Source: the human T2T-CHM13v2.0 reference genome, Homo sapiens
DNA: 64,000 nt
Direction: 5' to 3' (one strand)
Assembly (NCBI RefSeq): GCF_009914755.1
Contig: NC_060933.1
A model generated the notes under the pieces. That model was not told the origin of the DNA and made no database searches. It saw only the letters and a program-made list of their open reading frames with translations. The position numbers were made by a program, and so were the translations under genes. Below, piece after piece: positions 1 through 25,189 of this stretch. Position 1 is the first letter of the stretch. Each line of letters opens with the position of its first letter.

Positions 1-2744
1 AAGTGTTTAGGGGTAAATATACAGTCATGCATTTTCAGCTACTGAAAAATGAGCTCAATCGCCATAACACCAAATCAAGGAAAACATTTGGGCTTTAAAA
101 ATTATCTTTGATCATATAACAAGACAGCTGGGATTGATTATTATCCCGGTCCCACATTTCCTCATTAATGGCCATCCCACTCGGTATATGCTGTCATGCC
201 AGGACCTCTGTGGAAGAGAATGGCTGGAAAGCCTGGAAACATTAAGCCCTGTGAGCAGTGGAAACAGATTTACATTTCTAAACAGATCCTTTGTTAAAGA
301 TCACCAGTGCATAGATCTGCAGCTTTCTTCTAGAGTAAAATCATTCTCTGTTTCTCTATTCCTGGCCCCCATGTTTTCAGACAAAGCTTCCATTAATAGA
401 TAACTCTTTCTTAAACAAAAATTTCTTTTAAGGAATTGCATTCCCTGATGTCCTCAAATGCTTAGGTTACCCAGAGAGTTGACTTCATTGTCAACATATT
501 TTTACCCCCTTACAAACATATGTATTCCCTTTAACATTTTTCTCCTTACAAACTGTATTATTCCTCTTAAAATAAGTATATTCTTGTGAAATATGAATTC
601 ATTTTGTTTACCCTTACTGCAAATTTTTCTTCTGATTTTCTTCTGAACCAACTAGTCTCATTATTATTCTACCATGAGTTTAAGGATTTTGCTGCTAAAA
701 TGTTCATATCTTTTCCTTCACTCAGGCTTCTCTTGAGCATAGATGTAAAATATTGCAAAGATGTGAAAACTAGAATGTTTTCCCTCCAGGTGAACTGATT
801 ATCAAACTTAGTGTCCTGAACAACAGCACTCTTCTGCATTTTATCTAGCTTTGATCATTTTAGAACATAGATTTCTTCTAAAACAATGCCTGTACAGTAT
901 CATTCCAAATATATAACAGTGAAATTAATGCCTTTTTCATTCACACGGTATTATCGACCGGAAGAAGCACATCCATTTAGATTCTCACTAGCAGCCTAGT
1001 TTACTTTATTCCATTATTTACAATGAAAGGGTTAGAATTTCTGTTTGTATTTATGTAGGTGGTACATTAAATGTGTACAATTTTATGAATATTTTTCATC
1101 CAGCTCATCAGAATACCAATTTTGTCTGTTAAAATATCGTATATTTCTGGCCAATACCACATCTGACCCGCGAGCACAGAACCCCGCCCTTGCCGCTCTG
1201 CCGCCCAGTCCACACCCGCCGCCAGCTCACCATGGATGATGATATCGCCCCACTTGTCATTGACAACGGCTCAGGCATGTGCAAGGCCGGCTTTGCAGGT
1301 GATAATGTCCCCCTGGGCCATCTTCCCCCTCCATCGTGGAGCTCCCTAGGCGCCAGGGTGTGATGGTGGGCATGGGTCAGAAGGACTTGTACGTGGGGCG
1401 GCAAGGCCCAGAGCAAGAGAGGCATCCTGACCCTGAAGTACCCCATCGAGCACACATCGTCACCACCTGGGATGACATGGAGAAGATCTGGCTCTACAAT
1501 GAGCTGGGTGTGGCTCCTGAGGAGCACCCGTGCAGCTGACTGAGGCCCCCATGAACCACAAGGCCAACTGCAAGAAGATGACCCAGATCATGTTTGAGAC
1601 CTTCAACACCCCAGCCATATACGTGGCCATCCAGGCCTTGTGGTCCCTGTACGCCTCTGGCCGTACCACTAGCATCATGATGGACTCCGTGGATGGGGTC
1701 ACCCACACTGTGCCCATGTACAAGGGGCATGCCCTCCCCCATGCCATCCTGTATCTGGACCTGGCCGGCTGGGACCTGACTGGCTACCTCATGAAGATCC
1801 TCACCCAGCGCGGCTACAGCTTCACTACCAGGGCAGAGCAGGAGATTGTGCATGACATCAAGGAAAAGCTGTGCTACGTCGCCCTGGACTTCGAGCAGGA
1901 GATGGCCACGGCAGCCTCCAGCTCCTCCCTGGAGAAGATCTAGGAGCTGCCCTACTGCCAGGTCATCACCATCGGCAACGAGTGTTTCCTCTGCCCCAAG
2001 GTGCTCTTCCAGCCTTCCTTCCTGGGCATGGAATCCTGTGGCATTCACGAAACTGCCTTCGACTCCATCATGAAATGTGACGTGGACATCCACAAAGACC
2101 TGTATGCCAACCCAGTGCTGTCTGACGGTACTACCATGAACCCTGGCAACCCTGACAGGATGCAGAAAGAGATCACTGCCCTGGCGCCCAGCACAATGAA
2201 AATCAAGATTATTGCTCCTCCCGAGCTCAAATACTCTGTGTGGATTGGCTCCATCCTGGCCTCGCTGTCCACTTTCCAGCAGATCAGATATGGACCAGCA
2301 AGCGGGGGTATGACGAGTCGGCCCCTCCATCCTCCAAATGCTTCTAGGCAGACTGTTAATTGCGTTACACCCTTTCTTGATAAAACCTAACTGGTGCAGA
2401 GAACAAGATGAGATTGGCATGGCTTTATTTTTTATTTTATTATTTTATTTTTATTTTTATTTTTTTTGTGGCTTGACTCAGATTTAAAAACTGGAACGGT
2501 GAAGGTGACAGCAGTCTGTTTGAGCAAGCATCCTCCAAAGTTCTACAATGTGGCCGAGGACTTTGATTGTACATTGCTCTTGTTCTTTTTTTAATAGTAA
2601 TTCCAAATAACATGAGATGCATTGTCACAGGAAGCCCCTTGCCCTCCTAAAAGCCACCCCACTTCTCTCTAAGGAGAATGGCCCAGTTCTCTCCTGAGTC
2701 CACACAGGGGAGGTGATAGCATTGCTTTCATGTAAATTATGTAA

Positions 2745-3076
<332 letters not shown>

Positions 3077-3449
3077 TAGCACAATTTTTTAAATCTTTGC
3101 CTTAACACTTTTAAAATTTTGTTTTATTTTAAATGATCAGCCTTCATGGCTCCCCCTTTTTTGGCCCCCAACTTGAGATATATGAAAGCTTTTGGTGTCC
3201 CTGGGAGTGGGCGGAGGGCAGCCAGGGGCTTACCTGTACACTGACTTGAGACCAGTTGAAAAAAAGTGCACACCTTAAAAAAATCATATATTTCTTTGGG
3301 TTAATGTCTTAATCATTTACTATTTTTTATGAGTTGCAGTGAAAATGAGATGAAAATCATTTTGCAATTTAGTCCTATGTATCATTAACTATACATTAAA
3401 CTCCAGAGATCTGAAACAGTTAACAACTAACAACTATGTAGTAATTAAA

Positions 3450-3560
3450 AGTTTACAGAACACATCAACCATAACCAGAACCCACCTCTGCAACAACCCT
3501 GTAAGATAGATTTGTTATCTTATTTTACTGTTGAGAATACTGAGGTTTTGGAGAACATAA
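3450..3560 (-). mobile_element. MIR fragment
   Basis: caacaaccctgtaagatag...attttactgttgagaatactgagg resembles the MIR core. Confidence 0.5.
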
Positions 3561-3789
3561 TAACTGGAAATTTGTTTCTGATCAGTGTAATAGAAAACAT
3601 CATTTTCTATATGTAGCTGGAAATAAGGATGAATCTGAAGACCTAATATGCATGGGGTATTTGGCCACAACAGAACCAGTATGTTTCTAGGAAGATGTGC
3701 TCCAGGACTGATGCATGATTTTTAAAATATTTTTAATTTTTTGTGAGTACAGAGTAGGTATGTATATTTATGGAGTACATGAAATTTTT

Positions 3790-10591
<6,802 letters not shown>

Positions 10592-10788
10592 CATGAGATG
10601 TTTTGATACAGGCATGCAATGTGTCATAATCACATCATGGAGAATGGGTTGTCCATCCTCTCAAGTATTTATCCTCTGTATCACAAACAATCCAATTATA
10701 CTCTTTTAGTTACTTTCAGTTGTACAATTAAATTATTATTGACTATAATAAAATAATTATTAAATTATTATTAACTATAATCACCCTG

Positions 10789-11190
10789 TCTTATGGTTTG
10801 AATCTGTGTCCCTGGCCAAATCTCATGCAGAACTATAATCCCCAGTATTGGTGGTGGGGCCTAATGGGAGGTGACTGGATCATGGGGGTGGATCCTTCAT
10901 GAATGGGTTAGCACCATCCCACCTTGGTACTGTATACTGAGTGAGTTCTCACGAGATCTGGTAGTTTAAAAGTGTAGCCCCTCTCTCCTCTCTCCTGTTC
11001 ATGACATGTAAGATGCTTGCTCTAGCTGTACCTTCTGCTGTAAGTGAAACCTTGCTGAAGCCTCCCCAGAAGCAGATACCACCATGCTTCCTATACAGCC
11101 TGTGAAACTGTGAGCCTGTTAAACCTGTTTTCTTATAAATTACTCAGTCTCAGATATTTATTTATAGCAATGCAATAATAGCCTAATATA
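10789..11190 (+). mobile_element. MST-family MaLR solo LTR (MSTA/MSTB-like)
   Basis: tatggtttg...ccaaatctcatg...gggggtggatccttcatgaatgg...ctaatata; 5-bp TSD ccctg 10784-10788 / ctctg 11191-11195. Confidence 0.85.
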
Positions 11191-12453
11191 CTCTGTTGTG
11201 CTATCAAATACTAGGTCTTATTCATTCTTTCTATTTTTCTGTACCCATTAACCATCCCCACCTTCCCCATACCCCAACTTTCCTTCCCAGCCTCTAATAA
11301 CCATCCTTCTACTCTCTGCCTTCATGAGTTCAATTGTTTTGATTTTTAGATCCCCAAAATAAGTGAGAACATATGGTTTGTCTTTATTTCACTTAACATG
11401 ATGACCTCGTTTCATCCATCTTGTTGCAAATGACAGGATCTTATTATTTTTTGTGGCTGAATAGTACTCCATTGTATGTACCATGTATGTATCCATTCAT
11501 CTGTTAATGGACACTTAACTTTCAGATGTTGCCTGCTGTGAACAGTGCTGCAACAAACATGGGAACTGATGCATGATTTTCGTGGTAGACTTCGTTGCCA
11601 TGTATTCAAATGCATTTTAGATGATAATTGGGACATTGCCAGCCATGGCAGGCCATGGAAAGGCTAGGGTTCTATAGAGAAGATGTAAATAACAAGTCAA
11701 GCAAGTGCTGCTAGGAAGAGAGCATTACAGGACTACAAATTCAAAGACTGGAAAAGACCCTGTGGACCATTACTGCTTTCTTGATCTTTCAAGAAGGCTT
11801 GAATAGAGAGAGTAGCTCTCTGTCAATGTGGCTGGACTTAGATATGTAAACATTTTTCTACTTTTAAATACATTCTTTTAAGTATGAGTGGCCCTTCTCT
11901 CCTGAATCTATTCCTTAAAATTTAAACAAAATTTATGGGTACATAGTAGGTATATATATTTATGGAGTACCATCACTGTACTCTCTATCTCCCTGAGTTC
12001 AGTTGTTTTAATTTTAGTTCCCACAAATGAGTGAGAATACGTGAAGTTTGTCTTTCTGCGCCTGGCTTATTCCACTTAATGTCCTCCAGTTTCATGCATG
12101 TTGTTGTGAAGTACAGTATCTCATTGTTTTTTATGGCTGAAAAGTATTCCATTGTGTATATGCACCACATTTTCTTTGTCCATTCATCTGCTGATGGACC
12201 CTTAGGTTGCTTCCAAATCTTGGCTATTGTGAACAGTACTGTAATTAACATGGAAGTGCAGCTATATCTTTGATATACTGATTTCCTCTTTTGGAGTATA
12301 TACCTAACAGTGCGATTGCTGGATAATATGGTAGCTCTACTTTAGTATTTTGAGGAACTTCCAAACTGTTCTCTCTAGTGGGTGTGCTAATTTACATTCC
12401 CACCAAAACTGTAGGTTTCTCTTTTCTCCACATCCTCACCAGCATTTGTTATT

Positions 12454-13144
12454 TATTTATTTATTTTTTAAGGTTTTTTTTTTTTTATACTTTAAGTTCT
12501 AGGGTACATGTGCACAATGTGCAGGTTTGTTACATAGGTATACATATGCCATGTTGGTCTGCTGCACCCATTAACTCATCATTTACATTAGATATTTCTC
12601 CTAATGCTATCCCTCCCCCAGCCCCCTCACCCCACGACAGGCCACAGTGGGTGATGTTCCCCGCCCTGTGTCCAAGTGTTCTCATTGTTCAGTTCCCACC
12701 TATGAGTGAGAACGTGCAGTGTTTGGTTTTCTGTCCTTGTGAGAGTTTGCTGAGAATGATGGTTTCCACCTTCATCCACGTCCCTGCAAAGACATGAACT
12801 TACCCTTTTTTATGGCTGCATAGTATTACGTGGTGTATATGTGCCACATTTTCTTAATCCAGTCTATCATTGATGGACATTTAGGTTGGTTCCAAGTATT
12901 TGGTATTGTGAATAGTGCCACAATAAGCATACGTGTGCATGTGTCTTTATAGTAGCATGATTTATAATCCTTTGGGTATATACCCAGTAATGGGACGGCT
13001 GGGTCAAATGGTATTTCTAGTTCTAGATCCTTGAGGAATCGCCATACTGTCTTCCACAATGGTTGAACTAATTTACACTCCCACCAACAGTGTAAAAGTG
13101 TTCCTATTTCTACACATCCTCTCCAGCATCTGTTGTTTCTGGGC
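12454..13144 (-). mobile_element. L1PA (L1PA6-like) 3'-terminal ~0.69 kb; outer 3' end of a composite insertion
   Basis: L1PA 3'UTR with older-type diagnostics (ataggtatac, atttctcctaatg, ctaatttacactccc, cagcatctg). Confidence 0.88.
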
Positions 13145-19570
<6,426 letters not shown>

Positions 19571-19915
19571 CAGCATTTGTTATTACCTGTCTTTTGAATA
19601 CAAGCCATTTTAGTTGGGGTGAGATAATATCTCATTGGAATTTTGATTTGTATTTCTCTGATTACCAATGATGGTGGGCACTTTTTCATATGCCTGTTTG
19701 CCAGTTGTATGTTTTCTTTTGTGAAATGTTTATTCAGATCTTGTGCCCATTTTTTAATTGGATTATTAGATTTTTTCCTATTGAGTTGTTTGAGCTCCTT
19801 ATATATCCTGGTTGTTAGTCCCTTGTCAGATGGATAGTTTGGAAGTATTTTCTCCCATTCTGTGGGTTGTCTTTTCACTTTTTTGATTATTTTCTTTGCT
19901 GTGCAGGAGCTTTTT

Positions 19916-19948
19916 TTTTTTTTTAAATTATACTTTACGTTTTAGGGT
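19916..19948 (-). mobile_element. Extremely 5'-truncated L1PA 3' tip (~33 bp including poly-A)
   Basis: Reverse complement ACCCTAAAACGTAAAGTATAATTTAAAAAAAAA matches the L1PA terminus. TSD tgtgcaggagcttttt 19900-19915 / tgtgcagaagcttttt 19949-19964. Confidence 0.85.
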
Positions 19949-20788
19949 TGTGCAGAAGCTTTTTAACTTCATGTGATCCCATTTGTCTATTTTTGCTTTG
20001 ATTGCCTGTGCTTTGGAGGTAATACTCAAGAAATTTTTGCCTAGACTAATGTCCTGGAGTGTTTCCCCAAAGTTTCCTTTTATTAGGTTGATAGTTTGAG
20101 GTCCTAGATTTAAGTATTTTGATTTGATTTTCGTATATGGCAAGAGATAGGGGTTTAGTTTCATTCTTTCGCAGTTTTTCCAGCACCATTTGTGGAAGAG
20201 ACTGTCCTTTCCCTAATGTATGATCTTGGCACCTTTGTAAAAGAGGAGTTCACTGTAGATGTGTGGATTTATTTCTGGGTTATCTATTCTGTTTCATTTG
20301 TCTATGTGTCTGTTTCTATGCTGTTATCATGCTGTTTTGGTTATTATAGCTCTGTAGTATAATTTGAAGTCAGGTAGTGTGATTCCTCTAGTTTTGTTAT
20401 TTTTGCTTGGGATGACTTTGACTATTCTGGGTCTTTTGTGGTTCCATATACATTTTAGCATTATTTTTTCTATTTCTGTGGACAGCATCATTAGTATTTT
20501 GATAGGAATTGCATTGAATCTGTAGATTGCTTTGGGTAGTATGGACATTTTAACAATACGGTTGTTCCAATCCATGAACACTTTGGGTTGTTTTCAATTT
20601 CTCACATCAATGTTTTAAAGTTTTTATTGTAGACATGTTTCACTTCTTTGGTAAAGTTTATTCCTAGGTATTTCATTTTATGTGTAGCTATTGTATAAGG
20701 GAGTACTTTCTTGATTTTTATGTTAGATTGTTCACAGTTGGCATATAGAAATGCTACTGATTTTTGTATGTTGGTTTTGCATCCTGAA

Positions 20789-21032
20789 ACTTTATTGAAT
20801 TTGCTTATTAGTTCTGATAGTTTCTTGGTGAAGACTTTAGGTTTTTCCTAATATAAGATCATAACATCTACTTCATTGAATTTGTTTATTAGTTCTGACA
20901 GTTTCTTGGTGGAGACTTTAGGTTTTTCCTAATACAAGATCATAACATCTACTTCATTGAATTTGTTTATAGTTCTGACAGTTTCTTGGTGGAGACTTTA
21001 GGTTTTTCCTAATATAAGATCATGACATCTAC
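20789..21032. repeat. Tandem triplication of an 81-bp unit within L1MA ORF2
   Basis: Units start at 20789, 20870 and 20951 (acttt/cattgaatttg...aagatcataacatct); the third unit is 80 bp. Confidence 0.95.
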
Positions 21033-21435
21033 AAACAAGGGTAATTTGACTTCTTCATTTCCAGTTTGGATGCCCTTTATTTCTATATCTTGTCTGATTG
21101 TTCTAGTTAGGAATTCCAGGACTATGTTGAATAACAGTGGTGAAACTGGGAGTCCTTGTCACATTCTAGATCTTAGAGGAAAGGCTTTCAGTTTTCACCG
21201 ATTCAGTACAATACTAACTGTGGATTGGTCATATATGGCTTTTATTGTTTTGAGGTGTTTTCCTTCTATAGCAATTTTGTTGAGGGTTTTTTTCATGAAG
21301 GGATGTTTAATTTTATCACATGCTTTTTCAGCACTAATTGAAATGATCGTATGGGTTTTGTCTTTCATTCTATTGACATGTGTATCACACTGATTGATTT
21401 GCATGTTTTGAACCATCTTTGCATCACTGGAATAA

Positions 21436-21753
<318 letters not shown>

Positions 21754-22145
21754 GATGAGGATCTTTTAAATATGTTGTTGAATTTCATTTGCTAGTATTT
21801 TGTTGCAAATTTTTTGGATCAATATTCATCGGAGATATTGGCCTGTAGTTTTCTCTTTTTGCTGTGTCTTTGTTTGGTTTTGGTATCAGGTTCTGACCCC
21901 TGGAATGGACAGTTCCCTTCTGGCTATGGCTGGTCTAAATGTTCCCTCCATGGATTCCAGCTGTGTTGCTTTCCACTGTGAGAGGCCAGCATTGAGTTCC
22001 AATGCAAAGTCCCACAATCACTGTGCAACCCCTCCTCCAAGTGCACAGATTCTCTCTCTGAGGCCATTGCTGGAGGCTGAGTGAGGAGGTAGTGGAGACA
22101 CTTCCGGACTGCTTTTTCTACTCTTTTCAGTGCCTCTTTCCTTGA

Positions 22146-24745
22146 TGTGTTAGTCCATTTTCATGCTGCTGATAAAGACATACCCAAGACTGGGTAATTT
22201 ATAAATAAAAGAAAGTCTAATGGAATCACAGTTCCACATGGCTGGGGAGGCCTCACAATCATGGTGGAAGGTGAAAGGCATGTCTTACATGGCAGCAGGC
22301 AAAGGGAATGAATGCTAAGCAAAAGGGGTTTTGCCTTATAAAACCATTAGATCTTGTGAGACTTATTCACTACCACGAGAACAGTATGGGGGAAACCACC
22401 CTCATGATTCAATTATCTCCCACTGGGAAACTCCCACTACATGTGGGAATTATGGGAGCTAGAATTCAAGATGGGATTTGGGTGGGGATACAGCCTAACC
22501 ACGTCATTCTGACCTAGCCCCTCCCAAATCTCATGTCCTCACATTTCAAAACCAATCATGCATTCCCAACAGTACCCCAAAGTCTTAACTCATTTCAGCA
22601 TTAACACAAAAGTCCACAGTCCAAAGTCTCATCTGAGACAAGGCAAGTCTCTTCTGCCTATGAGCCTGTAAAATGAAAAGCAAGTTAGTTACTTCCTAGA
22701 TACAATGGGGGTACAGGCATTGGATAAAAACACCCATTTTAAATAGGAGAAATGGGCCAAAACAAAGGGGTTAAATGCCCCATGCAAGTCTGAAATCCAG
22801 CAGGGCAGTCAAATCTAAAACTCCAAAATGATCTCCTTTGACTCCATGTCTCACATACAGATCATGCTGATGCAAGAGGTGGGTTCCCATGATCTTGGGA
22901 AGCTCTGTCCCTGTGGCTTTGCAGGGTACAGACTCCCTCCCAGCTGCTTTCACAGGCTGGTGTTGAGTGTCTGCAGCTTTTCCAGGGGCACCATGCAAGC
23001 TGTTGGTGGATTTATCATTCTGGGGTCTATAGGACAGTGGCCCTCTTCTCACAGCTCCACTAGGCAATGCCCCAGTGAGGATACTGTGTGGGACCTCCAA
23101 CCTACACTTGCCTTCCCCACTGCCCTAGCAGAGGTTCTCCATGAGAGCCCCACCCCTGCAGCAAACTTCTGCCTGGACATCCAGGCATTTTTTTACATCC
23201 TCTTAAATCTAGGTGGAAGTTCCCAAACGTCAATTCTTCTGTGCACCTGCAGGCTCGACACCATGTGGAAGCTGCCAAGGCTTGGGGCTTGCACCCTCTA
23301 AAGCAATGGCCCAAGCAGCATCTTGGCCCCTTTTAGCCATGGCTACAGTGGCTGGGATGCAGGGCACCAAGTCCCTAGGCTGTACACAGCGGGGGGGCTC
23401 TGGGCCCAGCCCATGAAACTATTTTTTCCTCCTAGGCCTCTGGACCTGTGATGGGAGGGGCTGCTGTGAATGTCTTTGACAAGCCCTAGAGACATTTTCC
23501 TCATTGTCTTGGCAATTAACATTTGGCTCCTCATTATTTATGCAAATTTCTGCCACAGGCTGGAATTTCTCCTGAGAAAATGGTTTTTTATTTTTCTATC
23601 ACATTTTCAGGCTGTAAATTTTCTGGACTTTCATGCTCTGTTTCTTTATTAAAACAATGTTTTTAATAGCACCCAAGTCACCTCTTGAATGCTTTGCTGC
23701 ATAGAAATTTCTTCTGCCAGGCTGGGTGTGGTGGATCATGCCTATGATCCGAGCACTTTGGGAGGCCAAGGTGGGTGGATCACTTGAGGTCAGGAGTTTG
23801 AGACTACTAGTCTAGCCAACATGGTGAAACCCTGTCTATGCTAAAAATACAAAAATTAGCTGGGCATTGTGGCATGTGCCTGTAATTCCAACTACTCAGG
23901 AGCCTGAGGCAGGAGAATTGCTTGAACATGGGAGGCAGCAGCTGCAGTGAGCCAAGACTGTGCCACTGCACTCCAGCCTGGGAAACAGAGTGAGACTCTG
24001 CGTCCCCCAAAATATTCTCCTGCCTAATACCCTAAATCATCTCTCTCAAGTTCAAAGTTTCACAAATCTCTAGGGCAAGGGCAAAATGCCACCAGTCTGT
24101 TTGCTAAAACATAGCAAGGGTCAACTTTACGCCAGTTCTCAACAAGTTCTTCATCTCCATCTGACACCATCTCAGCCTGGATTTCATCGTCTATATCATT
24201 ATCAGCATTTTGGTCAAAGCCATTCAACAAGTCTCTAGGAAGTTCCAAACTCTCCCACAATTTTGTGTCTTCTTCTGAGCCCTCCAAACTGTTCCAGCCT
24301 CTTCCTGTTACCCAGTTCCAAAGTTGTTTCCACATTTTTGGGTATCTTTACAGCAGCGCCCCACTCTACTGGCACCAATTTACTGTATTAGTCTGTTCTC
24401 ATGCTGCTGATAAAGACATACCTGAGACTTTGTAATTTATAAAGAAAAAGAGCTTTAATGGACTCACAGTTCCATGTAGCTGGGGAGGTCTCACAATCAT
24501 GGTGGAAGGTAAAAGGCATGTCCTTCATGGTGGCAGGCAAGAGGGAATGAGAGCCAAGCAAAAGGGGTTTCCCCTTATAAAACTAACATATCTTGTGAGA
24601 CTTATTCACTACCATGAGAACAGTATGGGGGAAAGTGCCTCCATGATTCAATTATCTCCTACTAGGTCTCTCCCACAACACGTGGAAATTATGTGAGATA
24701 TTCTTCAAGATGAGATTTGGGTGGGGACACAGACAAACAGTATCA
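22146..24745 (-). mobile_element. Complete THE1 (THE1C-like) MaLR provirus: 3' LTR 22146-22506, internal 22507-24383, 5' LTR 24384-24745
   Basis: Two ~360-bp direct LTRs with TG...CA ends. A polypurine tract (GGGAGGGGCTAGG on minus) lies next to the LTR at 22506. Perfect 5-bp TSD cttga 22141-22145 / 24746-24750. Confidence 0.95.
23720..24008 (+). mobile_element. AluS inside the THE1 internal region, with almost no poly-A tail
   Basis: ggctgggtgtggtgg...gagactctgcgtccccc; degenerate TSD agaaatttcttctgcc 23703-23718 / aaaatattctcctgcc 24009-24024. Confidence 0.9.
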
Positions 24746-25189
24746 CTTGATATGATGTTAAAACCAGGTACATGATTGCTCACCTGATTTTTCATTCTTA
24801 TGAAGTGCTTTCTTGTGTGGATAGTTGTTCAATTTGGTGTTCCTTCCAGGGGGAGCATTCACTAGGGGCTTCTATTTGGCTATCTTGCATTGCCTCCCAC
24901 CTATTTCTAAAGCAAGAATCTGTTAGGTAACATCCATTTGACTGCAATATCTGTGCAGTTGTTGTAGTCATGACACATCTTATTGTGTACAGCCAAATTT
25001 AGTCTTCCCCAGATTCTCTTTCTGTTTCCCTTTTCCTAGAAATTTTCCCTGCGTGATTTCATATATTCCCAAGTCTTGAAATATCACTGATATACTGGAG
25101 TGAAGTAGATTAGCACTACTTCACTCTGTTCCAGAGTTTTTCTTTTTCAAATTTAAATTCAATTCATATTATCTTCCAAGTCTTCTCTC

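Noticed and set aside
495-572. Degenerate ~38-bp direct repeat (ccttacaaac...attcc)
   Set aside because: Short, AT-rich and diverged; an ordinary slippage duplication.
134-798. Short ORFs in unique sequence (also 31246-31808, 43600-43872, 46511-47085)
   Set aside because: No recognisable protein similarity or codon bias; lengths are in the range expected by chance.
1232-2347. Functional actin CDS
   Set aside because: Multiple frameshifts, small deletions and an in-frame TAG at 1941-1943; homology is split over three frames.
1494-2420. 308-aa minus-strand ORF
   Set aside because: Antisense shadow of GC3-rich actin codons; no independent coding evidence.
20789-21032. CRISPR-like array
   Set aside because: Head-to-tail repeats with no unique spacers, derived from L1 in a primate genome.
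21870-21910. Spliced L1 retrocopy
   Set aside because: The ORF2 side of the junction is not at an AG acceptor; microhomology fits better.
22771-23301. 109-157-aa ORFs in the THE1 internal region as novel genes
   Set aside because: They lie wholly within decayed MaLR internal sequence.
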